Positions 1-13,817 of a stretch of 64,000 bases of DNA are shown here, piece after piece. This DNA comes from Leucoraja erinacea. Its lineage: Eukaryota. The DNA lies in NCBI RefSeq assembly GCF_028641065.1, contig NC_073406.1, positions 124,001-188,000 on the forward strand, in the 5' to 3' direction. The position numbers and the translations under genes were made by a program. How positions within the stretch are numbered: position 1 is the first letter of the stretch; each line of letters begins with the position of its first letter. Under the pieces are notes generated by a model. That model was not told the origin of the DNA. It searched no databases and saw only the letters and a program-made list of their open reading frames with translations.

Positions 1-1366
1 TGCTGCCTGACCTGCTGAGTTTCCAGCATTTCCTGTTTAATTTCAGATTCTTGGTGCTATTTCTGAAGTCTACGTTGAAGGGTTGTATCAACAAACTGAC
101 CACTACAATGTTTTATATTTTCTTCTGTAGACAGAGCCTGGTGTGATTGGCGAGATGGCAAGATTGCTTCACCTTGTTACAATGACTGCAAATGACCAAG
201 CCAGCAGGAACAATCACTCTGGCCCCACTCATCCCCATAAAAATGGCTCTTTGCTGACCATCACTGCCCAATAACAGTAATCTTGCAAGGGTCATCGTGA
301 CCTCATTTGACATTCCAAAAACAGCCCTTGTGATGGAAGAGATTTCCCACCGCACTGAAGCATCATATTGGATCCCAACTGCAGGAGATCTCAAATGAAC
401 AAGCAGAGGCTGAGATGGCATCACTTTGTGGAGTCTATCACATTCAGAAGTAATATTACACTCTGTGATTCATATAATTTATTCATATGTTTAGTGAAGA
501 AGGCAGTAAAGGGTTAATAGCTAGTGGAAAAGCGGAACAAAATTTACCAGCAGCTTAGATTACCAACACAAATGTTCCCAAGACATATTCTCATGCCTTT
601 TAATATGGGACCATTAATTAATAATGTTTTCAATGGAATCTCATTGTCAGCATAACAGACCTTAATCTTAGGATTAAATTCCCCTGCACTCTTTCAATTT
701 ACTCAGAGTTGTTGATGATTTCAACCCCGACTTTGTCTTGAGTTTCTTTCCCCTGCCTTGTGCGCAAAGTCTCCTGTTGTTACAAAATCCCATCTCTTCC
801 CGTCCCCTTGCCTTGCAGGGCCTTTCAGATCACTTGTCAGTCTCATTATCGCGGACACTCACCTCTCCCCCTGGTTGGACCAGGCTGGACTTCCTCACCC
901 TCTATCGCTCTGACTGGGATTGTAGGGATCATACTGGGGATGGGACGGTGGGGGGGGGGGTAGATTTTATGTTGAAATGTGCTCAGAAGGGAAAGTTTCA
1001 CACCAGTGTCCAATTCCAGTCAAGCAATGGGTGGTTTGCATTCAATTATAATTCCAGTCTCAGGTTAAAACCAACTAGCTACGTTTAGCTTAATGCTGGA
1101 TTTAAATTCCTCATTCTGAACTTTAATAGCTAATGGTAATAGCATTATTGTTAACTATTATTGCCCAGGTCAAGGTGAAAACTACAACATTTAAGCAGCA
1201 GCAGCAGAAACAATCCTACTTGTGTCAGAAACACCAGCCTTGTGTCATCCACAATCCAACCTCTTTGGCAAAGGGTCTTTGACCTGAAACATTAACTCTT
1301 AACGTTTCTATTTCTGTAGATACTGAGTTGGAGTTGTCTCATCTAGTGGTGAGCAGTATGACCTTA

Positions 1367-1698
1367 GTGGAGACAGTTCACACCCAGCTACTACAGGCTT
1401 GCACTCTATAGTGTAAATAGTTCACACCCAGCTACTACAGGCTTGCACACTCTAGTGTAGACAGTTCACACCCAGCTACTACAGGCTTGCACACTCTAGT
1501 GTAGACTTCACACCCAGCTAGTGTAGTGTAGACAGTTCACACCCAGCTACTACAGGCTTGCACACTATAGTGTAGACAGTTCACACCCAGCTACTACAGG
1601 CTTGCACTATTCTCTATAGTGTAGACAGTTCACACCCAGCTACTACAGGCTTGCACTCTATAGTGTAAATAGTTCACACCCAGCTACTACAGGCTTGC
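1367..1698. repeat. Minisatellite, about 44-bp unit, about 8 copies
   Basis: (agtgtagacagttcacacccagctactacaggcttgcactctat)n. Confidence 0.95.
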
Positions 1699-2053
1699 AA
1701 TGTGAATACATGAGAAAGTTTCATTCAGGAAATAGATTTTTCATTCGCCATGTGTTGCCGTTCATAATGCAATATCCAGTCTGAAGAAGGGTCTCGACCC
1801 AAAATGTCACCTACACATGTTCTCCAGAGATGCTGTCTAACCTGCTGAGTTACTCCAGCACTTTGTGACCTCTGTAGTTGATATCATTTCAATGCAGTAT
1901 GAAGCGTGGCTGTAACACTGGGCAAAATGCAAAGTGCTGGAGGAATCTAGTGGGTCAGGCATCATCATGTGTAGAGGGAATGGACTGTTGATGTTTTTAG
2001 TCAACTTGAGTCCACTGCGTTTCCTTCCTACAGTCTGGTGATGCTTGTCGTGT

Positions 2054-2206
2054 TGATACAGGTGTGCCAATGAGTATTGTCATGGTGATACAGGTGTGCC
2101 AATGAGTATTGTCATGGTGATACAGGTGTGCCAATGAGTATTGTCATGGTGATACAGGTGTGCCAATGAGTATTGTCATGGTGATACAGGTGTGCCATTG
2201 AGTATT
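2054..2206. repeat. Minisatellite, 32-bp unit, about 5 copies
   Basis: (tgatacaggtgtgccaatgagtattgtcatgg)n. Confidence 0.95.
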
Positions 2207-2680
2207 CTTTGTTCCGTACTTAAGTTGCCAGGAACTGATCTACAAAACTAATGGGAAACTGTTCATTCTACTTTGCTTCCACTCCAGGAACCAGCACTCT
2301 TTAGTCAGGACATGTGCATTCTGCACAACACCTGTTGTGGGATGTTCTCCTTTAGATAGTGTTAATATTGTCACATGTGCCGAGGTACACTGAACAGTTT
2401 TCTGCAGCACCTGATCAGATTGCAATGTCCTTAGCATCAGGATTCTAACTAATTCCAGTTGCTTTTGGTAAAAGCTAAGCTTACTTTCCCAGCCCCTGAG
2501 ATGAAGAAAAGCCTAATAACAGAAAGTACCATGGTGAGGATGTGGTAGAATCAGAGACAAATATTCTCATCACGTCTCATTCACAGTGACTAATATAGAA
2601 TGGCTACAAGGGGTAATTAGGTACAATCTCCTCTCAGGACTCAGCAACTTATGAATTGAATAAAGAACTAAAGAATCACA

Positions 2681-4175
2681 GGTAGACAAAAATGCTGGAG
2701 AAACTCAGCGGGTGAGGCAGCATCTATGGAGTGAAGGAAATAGGCAACGTTTGGGGTCGAGACCCTTCTTTAGACTGATGTGAGGGTGGGGGGAGCGGGA
2801 AGTAGAAAGGAAGAGGCGGAGCCAGTGGGCTGAGGGAGAGCTGGGAAGGGGAGGAGAAAGCAGGGACTACCTGAAATTAGAGAAGTCAGTGTTCATACCC
2901 AAGCGGAATATGAGGTGCTGCTCCTCCAATTTACGGTGGGCCTCACTCTGGCCATGGAGGAGGCCCAGGACAGAGAGGTCGGATTCGGAATGGGAGGGGG
3001 AGTTGATTAATCACCGGGAGATCAGGTTGGTTATTGCGGACTGAGCGGAGGTGTTCGGCGAAACGATCGCCAAGCCTACGCTTGGTCTCACCGATGTAGA
3101 TCAGCTGACACCTAGAGCAGCGGATGCAATAGATGAGGTTGGAGGAGGTGCAGGTGAACCTCTGTCGCACCTGGAACGACTGCTTGGGTCCTTGAATGGA
3201 GTCAAGGGGGGAGGTAAAGCGACAAGTGTAGCATTTCCTGCGGTTGCAACGGAAAGTGCCCGGAGAGGGGGTGGTTTGGATGGGAAGGGACGAATTGACC
3301 AGGGAGTTACAGAGGGAGCGGTCTCTGCGGAAGGCAGACAGGGGAGGAGATGGGAAGATGTGGCCAGTGGTGGGATCCCGTTGGAGATGGCGAAAATGTT
3401 GGACGATTATTCGTTGTATGTGACGGCTGGTGGAGTGGAAGGTGAGGACAAGGGGGACTCTGCCCTTGTTACGTGTGGGGGGATGGGGAGAGAGAGCAGG
3501 GTTACGGGGTATAGAAGAGACCCTGGTGAGAGCCTCATCTATGGTAAAAGAGGGGAACTCCTGTTCCCTGAAGAATGAGGACATCTCCGATGCCCTGGTG
3601 AGGAACGCCTCATCCTGGGAGCAGATGCGGCGTAGACGGAGGAATTGGGAGTAGGGGATGGAGTCCTTACAGGAAGCAGGGTGGGAAGAAGTGTAGTCTA
3701 GATAGCCATGGGAGTCAGTGGGTTTATAGTGGATCTGGGTCAGAAGTCTATCCCCTACAATGGTGATAGTGCGGTCAAAAAATGGTAGGGAAGTGTCGGA
3801 AATGGTCCAGGTGTATTTGAGTGCCGGATGGAAGTTAGTGGTGAAATGGATGAAGTCAGTGGGTTGTGTGGGTGCAGGAGGTGCCATCAATGCAATTGTT
3901 GATGTAGCGGTGGTAGAGTTTGGGGATGGGGCCCTGGTATGTCTCGAACAAAGATTGTTCAACGTACCCTTCAAAGAGGCAGGCATAGCTGGGGCCCATG
4001 CGTGTGCCCATAGCTACACCTTGTATTTGGAGGAAAGTTGTTACGGGTAAGGACCAGCTCCGCTAGGCGGAGGAGAGTATCAATAGGTGGGGATTGGTTG
4101 GTTCTGTGGTCGAGAAAGAAACGGAGGGCTTTAAGACGCTCCTGGTGGGGATAGAGGTGTCAAGTGACTGGACAT
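2681..4175 (-). mobile_element. Penelope-like retroelement, 5'-truncated (RT C-terminus, GIY-YIG endonuclease, 3' terminal repeat)
   Basis: ORF 2943-3986 has NFHPALKYTWTIS..LPFFD..YKPTDSHGYLDYTSSHP..SIPYSQFLRLRRICS (PLE RT thumb), a Cys-rich linker CNRRKCYTC, and NLIYCIRCSRCQLIYIGETKRRLGDRFAEH (GIY-YIG). Confidence 0.9.
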
Positions 4176-5329
4176 TCATTCACCAGCCTCATTGACCAGA
4201 TCTACAACACCAAGCATCAAAGGTCTTCACTCTATCTCGATACACATGACAATCATAAACTAAACTAAACTCCCCATTGAAGGTATGTTTCATGGCACCT
4301 GTCTGAACGTGGGGAGATCTCGAAGACACCAGGGAACAAGTAGCTACGAGACTCACGATGAAAGGAGTCCACACCCCATCAAGGGCAGTTCAACTGTGGA
4401 ATCCGGGCTGTTAATGTCCGGGCTTTCTGATTACTACTTTGCCCAAGGTCAGGATCATAAAATAGTCATTTCAATCACCTCTGAGGTTAATGCGTGGTAA
4501 TAACTGACATTCTTAAGACTTACAAATCGCGTATTAATGCTAATAATGAACATTCCAGCATGTTTAATGCTGAAATAAAGGAGTTCAGACAGGTTAAACA
4601 ATTGAACAACACCCAGCCCCATGCATGTTGATCAGCTCCTAACGCAGTGTACGATGCAGCCAAATGTCCCTCATTCCCCAACGTAGCCTCTTGGGGAAAC
4701 ATAGCCTCAAAGAGAGATTCATTAACTGGGAAATGTATAATGTGGAGCACAGAAGTGGTAGAGCAATTAAAACAATACTTTGGTTCTCTTCATGGCAATC
4801 AAGTGCTTAATATGAAGCAGTAATGAAAGGAAACATTAGTTAACAGAAAGTTCTGGAGAAAGTAATGACACTGAAAGCCATTCAATTCCCAGGCCCAATA
4901 ATCTATATCCCAGAACACTAAAAATGTTTTCCTTGGAAACAGTAGAAGCTTTGGTGGTCATCTTTCAACATTCCCATCCTTATGATCTGGCTTCAAATTT
5001 AACCAGGAGGATTGCAAAATATTTGCCTCATTTCCCAATTGTTTTTTTATCAAAAGGCATTAGATGTTCCTTAAGTTTTTGCAAACAGTAAAAACTGAAG
5101 CCACAAGGTAAAGCAAGGCTAAAGACCCATAAAATGCAACTCTTGAGGACTGTGACATCCCAGAACTCATGGACAATATTGAGCTAGATGCACAGTTTGT
5201 GTCTGTAATTCGCCACAGTGACTGCTTTGGGATCCAGAGCAAACCCACACAATCACATGGAAAAACTGCACAGATAGATAGCACAAGAGTCAGCACTGAA
5301 CCTGAATCACTGGCTCTGTGAAGCAGCTG

Positions 5330-5646
5330 TCGTGTGCTGGGGCAGCAGGGTGAAGGCCATGGACACCAAGAGGATCAACAAAATCATCAGGAAGGCCGGC
5401 TCCATCCTGGGGGTGGAGTTGGATTCACTGGAGATGGTCTTGGAGGGGAGGATGCTCCTGAAACTGTGGAGCATCCTGGACAATACAGCTCACCCCCTCC
5501 CTGACACACTGGTCAACTTGAGGACCACCTTCAGCAACAGACTGGTTCCACCAAGATGCAGCACAGAACGCCACAGGAGATCCTTCTTCCCTGTAGCTAT
5601 CAAACTGTACAACTCCTCCCCATTCTGTCGTGGGGTAGACTGAGAC

Positions 5647-5692
<46 letters not shown>

Positions 5693-5835
5693 CCACCCCC
5701 CTCCACCCACGTAATCTTTGCACATCCCCTAATGCGCATCCCCACTGGTCACTTTAATTTCATGTTTCATGTATTTTGTGATATTATGGCTGTTGGCCTC
5801 CTGGGATAAATAAAGTTCTATTGTATTGTGTCGTT
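5330..5835 (+). mobile_element. Rex/Babar-type LINE 3' fragment
   Basis: ...PPRCSTERHRRSFFPVAIKLYNSS C-terminus and an AATAAA tail. Related pieces at about 62460-62660, 32300-33110 and 47320-47640. Confidence 0.75.
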
Positions 5836-8059
5836 TATATTTATATTTAAAACATTTTAATTCCTTTCAAGGTAAAATATTTTTGTGTTTCACAGTGAAA
5901 TACAGAAAATGTAGCAGAAATATAGCCTTATACATTAACATTTCTCAGCCATAAAACTAATCTGTATGGTCCTGACCCAAATGTCACATGTCCATTTCCT
6001 TCCTGATGAGTTCTTTCAGCGCTTTTTGCTCCATATTCCAGCATCTGCAGTTCCTTGTGCCCTCACATTCCAAGCTGGGTTTTTGATAAAGGTGTTGGAA
6101 ATACTTTGTAGACCTGGCAACATTATTAGAGAGTGAAATCTGTAATTAACTCAAAGTCCAGGTCCAAGGTCCAAATAATTGCCTGTCACGCTGAGTTACT
6201 CCAGCTTTTTGTGTCTACAATATCTTTGATTTAAACCAGCATCTGCAGTTCCTAGCCATACGAATGGTGCAGTTGAATTGTGGGAGGCGGTGAGATTAAA
6301 TGATTGGATCTGAAGAACTGCAGGCAGGTGGGACTAATGTAGCTGGGACAAGTCGGCCAGTGTGGGAAAGTTGGGCCGAAGGGCCTGTTTCCATACTGTA
6401 TCACTCTATGACTCTAACTGGTTCTGGCACTGACAGAGTATTGAGCATAGCTCCTCTAGAACCACCTTTCATTTCTAGATAACTGTCAGTACAGGGTAGC
6501 TAGCGAGATCACATTGCCTGTATTCCACAGAACACATTCATTTGGCTGAGGAAAGGAAGATGTTAATAATTAAATAAACAGAAGAACAAAGTAACTCAGG
6601 AAAAATGGGAGTTGAGAAGATGAAGATGGCCCTTCGGCCCAACTTGCCCACACCGGCCAACATGTCCCAGCTACACCAGTTAAAGTTACAGAAAGTTTTC
6701 AAAATAAAAGAAAGGTAGAAGAAGAAATAAAACATCTTTTCATACAAAAGAATATAAACAAAATAAGCGGAAGAGAGACGAAATGTAAAATGAGATGGAA
6801 GGGTTAAAACTCTTCTAAAACAATTGCATCACTTCCCATCTGGTTCTTGTGGGTTCACCACAACTGGTTAAATGCAGTTAGTCCCGGTTATTATACATGC
6901 ATGCCAGAAAGTGAACTGCATGGTACCTGTCACAGGCTGGATGTGGTCCCTTTAACACCCTCGAACCTTGTGGTCTACATTCCACATTCAAGCTGAGGTC
7001 TGCATGTAATCCTTGGGTAAGCCTTGAGCCATCACTATGGCAACTGGTCAGGGACCTTTCATCTAGCATTACGAAGTAGTTAGAATCTTTTTTTATTTAT
7101 AATCAGCTCTCAACAGTCATATATAATGCTGATTGTTGATTTCATGTTTAATATTCCTATTCCATGTTGACCTTTGCTAGTTTATAGATTTAGATATTGA
7201 GTTATCATAAAGCCATGCAGCATGGAAACAGGCCCACTGACCCCACTCATTCATGCCAAAGTGGAGATGGTCAAGAGCTTTGTGTATCACCAACACTTTG
7301 TCCACGACCAACCACAGCCAAGAAAGCAGACTGATGTCTCTTTGTTTGGCATGCCTCCAACATCTGTTAGCAACTTCCACAGATGCACCATAGGCCTGTA
7401 TGTTCCTGTTACAGTGAAAGGCAAGAGTAGGGAACCCTGGATGACCAAAGATATTGATGCTCTTGTCAGAATAAAAGGCGGGGTCAGGTACTAGAGTCTG
7501 GGATCAAGTGAATCACTTGAGGAGTATTAGGGATGCAAGAATATACATGAACAATCAAGAAGCCAAAATGTGGGCAAGAGTTAGATTAAAGAGAATCCAA
7601 AGACATTTTATATATGTGGAAAACAAGTAACTGAGGACAGAACAGGGCCCCTTAAAGACCCAAGAACATTTCCTAGTTCCAGTGTCTCTGCTCACCAAGT
7701 CCAAAGATGGCCTCTGATTCACTGGTTCCACCATGTGGTCGATGTAGGAATTGCAAGGACTGGTCAAGCCTGCATTTGGAGTTGACCACTGTAGTGGTCG
7801 CTGCCCCATTACAGGAAGGGTGTGGAGGCTTTGGGGAGGCTACACGGGGAGGTTGGACAGACTTGGATTGTTTTCACTGAAATGCACGATATTGCAGAGA
7901 GACCCGATATAGATTCATAGCCATTGAGTCACTGAGAGGAAACAGGCCCTTGGGCTCAACATGCCCCATCTACACTAGTCCCACCTGCCTCTGTTTGGCT
8001 CATATCCCTCTAAACATTTCCTAACAATGTTCCAGTTTTAATGTTTTTTAACCATTGGA

Positions 8060-8958
8060 TACCACCGGGTGGTTCCATCGTCAATGGCAGCCTCACCAAC
8101 GGTCTGTCTGTCTTTTCATCCATTTTGTTATTTTTTGTGTGTTTTAAAAAGTTTGTGTTAATGTTCTCTGTTTTTTTTAATGTGGGGGGTGGGGGGTGAG
8201 TGGGAAACCTTCTTCAATCTCTTGCCTTGCCGGAGATGCGATCGTTTTCTGGATCATATCTCCAGTCGCTCTGTAGCCTAACATCATGGAGCTGGTGGCC
8301 GTGCTCGAGACTGACTTTGAGCCCCACCGCGGGGCCGTGGACTTACCGTCGGAGCCTGTGCTCCTTTGCCTGGCATCTACGCTCCAACCGCGGCCCGTGG
8401 ATTTCAACATCAAGGAGCTCGCGATCTCGGGTAGAGGCCAATGTCGGGAAGCTCCAAAATCGCAGAAGGTTTGACCAGCCCTGACCCGGGGCCCAATCGC
8501 CCAGCGCGGGGGAGCTGAGATCCCCCCGATGTGTGAGCTTGATCGCCCCGACAACAGATGCTCGAGGCCCCTGACCAAGAACAAAGGGAAGATAAGGATA
8601 AGGGGGAAATATTTTAGGACCGAGATGAGAAAAACATTTTTTACACAGAGAGTGGTGAATCTGTGGAACTCTCTGCCACAGAAGGTAGTTGAGGCCAGTT
8701 CATTGGCTATATTTAAGAGGGAGTTAGATGTGGCCCTTGTGGCTAAAGGGATCAGGGGGTATGGAGAGAAGGCAGGTAAAGATTGAACTATTTTTGCCCC
8801 ATCACAGTGAGGAATGTGGGGGAGTCGCTGAGGTGGATGTTCATGTTAAACATTTATTTGTGTGTCTTGTTGCTTTTTATTGGTATGACTGTACGGCAAA
8901 TCAAATTCCTCGTTTGTTGCCAAACACACTTGGCTAATAAAGTATGATGATGATGATT
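8060..8958 (+). mobile_element. GC-rich non-coding retroposon-like element (interrupted by a CR1 piece at about 8588-8782)
   Basis: Related to 54770-55660; ends aataaag(tga)n. It interrupts a CR1 tail that resumes at 8959. Confidence 0.55.
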
Positions 8959-9560
8959 AGTACCTGCTTTAACCACCTCCCCTGGCAGCCTCTTTATATA
9001 CCTACCATCCTTCCTGTAAAATAGTTGCTCCTCAGGTTCATAGAAACATAGAAATTAGGTGCTAGGCCTTCGGCCCTTCGAGCCTATTTAATATGATCAT
9101 TCTCATCCAACTCAGTATCCCGTACCTGCCTTCTCTCCATACCCTGTCCCCTTGGCCACAAGGGCCACATCTAACTCCCTCTTAAATATAGCCAATGAAA
9201 CTGGCCTCAACCCCTCTGTGGCAGAGAGTTCCAGAGATTCACCACTCTCTGGTGAAAAAAGTTCTCCTCATCTCGGTTTTAAAGGATTTCCCCCTTATCC
9301 TTAAGCTGATTCCTATTAAATCTTTCTCCCCTTAGCTTAAACCCCTGTCCTCTGGTTCTCGATTCCCCTTCTCTGGGAAAAAGACACTGTGCATTCACCC
9401 TATCTATTCTTCTCGTGATCTTATACACCTCTATAAGATCACCCCTCATCCTCTTACGCTCCAAGTAATAAAGTCCTGCTCAACCTTTCCCTGTACCTCA
9501 GGCCCTTGAGTCCTGGCAACATCCTCGTATATTTTCTCTGCACCCTATAAAATTATGGGA
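8959..9560 (-). mobile_element. CR1 3' fragments (a younger copy at about 9040-9308 nested in an older one)
   Basis: RMRGDLIEVYKI..ESRTRG ORF remnant and a catagaaacatagaaa tail. Confidence 0.75.
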
Positions 9561-10789
9561 GGTAATTCACCTCCACCAAACTCCCACTGGGAGCAGTGAT
9601 GATCATTTTTAGAACCAATGGGAAACTGTTCAATCTATTGCAACCAAACTCCAGAAGCAGAATCGCCTAAACTTCAGTTGTTGAGTATTCAGACAATGCC
9701 TTTGTTAGTCCATGCTCCAGGTTAAAGATGGGCCTTGTACTCAACATCTGAAGACAAAGGTCCTCTGGTTAAACTGGTGTCTCCTGCACCAAAAGGTGAG
9801 AGCTTGGAAAACATGGAGCACCTCCATATTGACAACCGCCCCCTGACAATGGTAGCCCACCAATGACGAAATTTACCATCTCCTTCAATGGTCCACCATA
9901 GTCTTTGGTTCATTGATCAGATTTTTAGGCCTCATGGTCCAAAGAGCAGCATTAATCCTAGCCCTTCTTTGTGCTTCCAATTCCTGGACTAACAACTCAA
10001 GTGGACTAACAACTCAAGTTCAAGTTTATTGTCATGTGTCCCTGATAGGACAATGAAACTCTTGCTTTGCTTCAGCACACAGAACATAATAGGCATTGAC
10101 TACAAAACACATGAACTCAAGTGGACAAACAATTCAACTGACAGGAACATTTAGTCACAGGAGCATTCTCCACACTGTTTGCAAGGGTTATGAACCTACT
10201 CTCCCAGGCCCACATTCCCAGCAGTATGGAGAGGAACTGCAGGTGCTGGTGTATACCAAAGATCGACACAAAGTGTTAAATGGTCAGTTCGACATAGATT
10301 ACAAGACTTACACCAAACCCAAAACAATTAGGAGCAGACGAGGGCATTCGATCCAATTTGTGATCCCAGCTACAAAGACAGATGTGTACAGCAATTCGTT
10401 CTTCCCCCGCACAATTAAAGCATGGAATAATCTTCACCCTACCATAGTTACCCAACCAGATGCAACTAAATTTAAGGTAGCTCTTTCTTCCCAAAAACCC
10501 TTTCTGGCTTAAGTCCTCCTTCCACCACCAGTTTAAATTCCATTTGGATTATTTTGGAGGACCAAGAAACATAGAAATTAGGTGCAGGAGTAGGCCATTC
10601 GGCCCTTCGAGCCTGCACAAACCACGAAAGTGTTGTAGTAACTCAGCACGTCAGGATGCAGGATGGGTGACGTTTCTGTTCGGGAACCTCCTTCAGACCC
10701 AATGCATTCCCAGCAGTGGTGCCTTGGTTAGTCTCAATCAATCTCATTGGGCAAGCTATGGCATTCATGTGCCCGAAACCAGACTCATG

Positions 10790-11228
10790 TCATAAGTGAT
10801 AGGAGCAGAATTAGACCATTCGGCCCATCAAGTCTGCTCTGCCATTCAATCATGGCTAATCTATATCTCTCTCCTAACCCCATTCTCCTGCCTTCTCCTC
10901 ATAACCCGACACCCATGCTAATCAAGAATCTATCTATCTCTGCCTTAAAAATATCCATTGACTTGGCCTCCACAGCCTTCTATGGCAAAGAATTCCACAG
11001 ATTCACCACCCTGTGACTAAAGAAGTTCCTCCTCATCTCCTTCTTAAAGGAACGTCATTTAACTCCGAGGCTGTGACCTCTGGTCCTTGACTCTTCCACT
11101 AGTGGAAACATCCTCCCCAAATCACTCTATCCAAGCCTTTCACTATTGGCTAAGTTTCAATGAGTTTCCCCTCATCCTTCTAAACTCCAGCGAGTACAGG
11201 CCCAGTGCCGTCAAATGCTCATCATATG
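10790..11228 (-). mobile_element. CR1 3' fragment
   Basis: Similar to the 43185-43630 tail (ccattcggcccatc..ttccacagattcaccac). Confidence 0.75.
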
Positions 11229-11974
11229 GCGACTCACGAAACAGACCTTCTTTTCTGAGCTTTGCCATGAGAAAATAGGAAACAAGTCAATGTTGCTCAA
11301 AGTGCCTGTGCCTGCAGGCTGCTGGGTATCCTGCCCATAACTCCTGAAACTGGGACAGGATTCAAGCTGCTGCTGAGACAGACCACCCCTACATGGGATG
11401 GAAGCAGCGTCCCACCTCACAAACCACACCCCCTTTGACCATCAGTGGTCGCCACCATCCAGCTCGGACCCAGCGGCCTGTGGATGGACACAGTGGTGGA
11501 GAATCTCACGTCTGCAGAGAGGTCCCGACCCGAAACGTCACCCATCCTTTTTCTCCAGAGATGCTGCCTGACCCAAGTTACTCCAGCACTTTGTGTCTAT
11601 CTTTGGTATATAGCAACATCTGCAGTTCTGCCGACATACCTTGAGCCTGAGGGGCTCCCTCAGAAGAAAAACAGTAGGCGTCACACTGAGAAACACGGCA
11701 AAAAATGTAATTATGAATAAAAGTTCACAAGAACTGGGCAGTGAAACATCAACATCTGAACAAATCAAGTAGCTACTGTTGGATTTGTACTGAACGCTCA
11801 TGTGGTAGATGCGATACTAAAGTATTGTGAATAAAGAACAAAATCCAGTCTCATCAAAGGGAAACAAGCCAGACCTGGCCATAACGTGGCTGCATTGACC
11901 CTAGAGTGACGTATGTTCTCAGTTGCAGAAGAGGCATTCTGTCAAAACAGCAAGAACGGTCTCGAAACGTCACC

Positions 11975-12190
11975 ATTCCTTCTCTCCAGAGATGCTGCCT
12001 GTCCCACTGAGTTACTCCAGCACTTTGTACCTATCCACATTCTCCAGAGAGGCTGCCTGTCCCACTGAGTTACTCCAGCACTATCCACATTCTCCAGAGA
12101 GGCTGCCTGTCCCACTGAGTTACTCCAGCACTATCCACATTCTCCAGAGATGCTGCCTGTCCCACTGAGTTACTCCAGCATTTTGTACCT
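11975..12190. repeat. Tandem array (4 copies) of an internal part of the Penelope-derived short repeat
   Basis: (ttctccagagaggctgcctgtcccactgagttactccagcactatccaca)n. Confidence 0.9.
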
Positions 12191-13817
12191 ATTTTGTTTT
12201 GGATGTTCTTTGGTCAAGTTTAAAATGAGTAAAATTGATGCATTATCATATCTACATTTTCCTCCTCACCTCTAAATGACCTTAACACTTCCTCCTCCAA
12301 AACCTCACAAGCTCACACATTGGATGGCACAGGGACCCACGGCAATAGAAAATGACTGAGCGATGGGACTAACTCCCATTGACACTAAGTAACACTAAGC
12401 AATCACTCCACCGAAGAGTGTGCGTGTTTGTGGCCCAATGCCACCACGGTTCATGTTGGTTCATATAATAATAAATGAACAAGCATGAGGAACGATGCAT
12501 CATGTGTAGATGACCGGCAGATACTGGCTGGATAATGAACACAGAACAACTTCTCATGACAAGTGGTGATACGGTTGACTGACATGGTATACAATGGTTG
12601 GTGTGGTGCCAATAACTGGACGCTGGTTTCATTCACCATGGTATATCCGTTATGTCCGTCTATATCTCTTGTTTCTCTTTCCCCTACTCTCAGTCTGAAG
12701 AAGGGTCTCGAGCCAAAACATCACCCATTTCTTCTCTCCAGAGATGCTATACCTGACCCACTGAGTTACTCCAGCACTTTGTGTCATTTTCCAAACACTG
12801 CAACAAAGATGGTCATCTAAAAATTAAACAACTACAGAGCTGAAAATCAGAAATCTAAGCGGTGAATTGTGGAAAGGTGGATACTGTGCATCATTGCTCC
12901 CACCTTGCCTCCATCACCTACACAGTACGGTGTGAAGTCAAGACCATTGAAGCCTGTCCCCCCCCCCCATCGGTCTTTGTGATGCCCACACATTGGCAGG
13001 AGGCAAGTTCAGAGCTGCCTAGACTGCCCTGCTGAACTCCCACCCCCAAAGATCAGATAAAGACAGGACTGGGGTGGACTGAGGCTCCCTCCGATATAGA
13101 GTCGTGACACTCACCCCTCCAGAGAGGTTTACAAAACACCTCGCAGACTCGGAACAGTCAATCTGTCAGCAAGATTCAAGGGCTTCACGTGAAGGGCTGG
13201 GGAACAAGGAAACAAGTCTAGTAGCAGTTTACCCCCCTTTCAATGACAGATATCTTATCCATTGTGTAACCCAGTGTAGATGGGTGTGTGTCAATAGACA
13301 ATAGGTGCAGGAGTAGACCATTTAGCCCTCCAATAGTCTGGTTGCTGACGTGGACATGGGCAGTGTTACATGTCAATGGGTGGCAGCTCTGACCAGGTCA
13401 GGTGTATCTGTCACACCTTGTGGGAGAGCTGCCCAGAGTGAAAACATCCTGTATACTCTGCTGACCCAGATAGGCTGGCTTGGCCATAGAGCCAGGTAGA
13501 AGGTTGGCGATGGACACAGGTAGAATGGACCAAGGGACAAGAGCTTGGACATGGAGCTAGGTACAGGCATGTTCATGAACACAGCTAGGGGGCTTGCCAT
13601 GCCACAGGATATCATTGGGGCTACGGGGGAGGGGAGAAGAACAGGATTATGATAAATAAATTGCCACGCTTGGAGTGTCAAAGGCACCAGCTGAGAGGAG
13701 GATGGCCACTGAGGGAGGGAATGTTCCACAGTTTTCAGCTCCTAAATTGGAAAACAGTTACCAGGGACAACTAAACAATAAACCCATCACCCCTTGTGTG
13801 AGCAGCTGTAAGTTGAT

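Noticed and set aside
1367-2206. CRISPR-like regular repeats (also at 11975-12190, 41049-41484 and 48260-48965)
   Set aside because: The units are head-to-tail with no unique spacers, there are no cas genes, and the context is eukaryotic.
300-13800. CLDN19, which I recall lying downstream of P3H1 in human
   Set aside because: No claudin-like exon was found in the ORF track or by eye in this interval.
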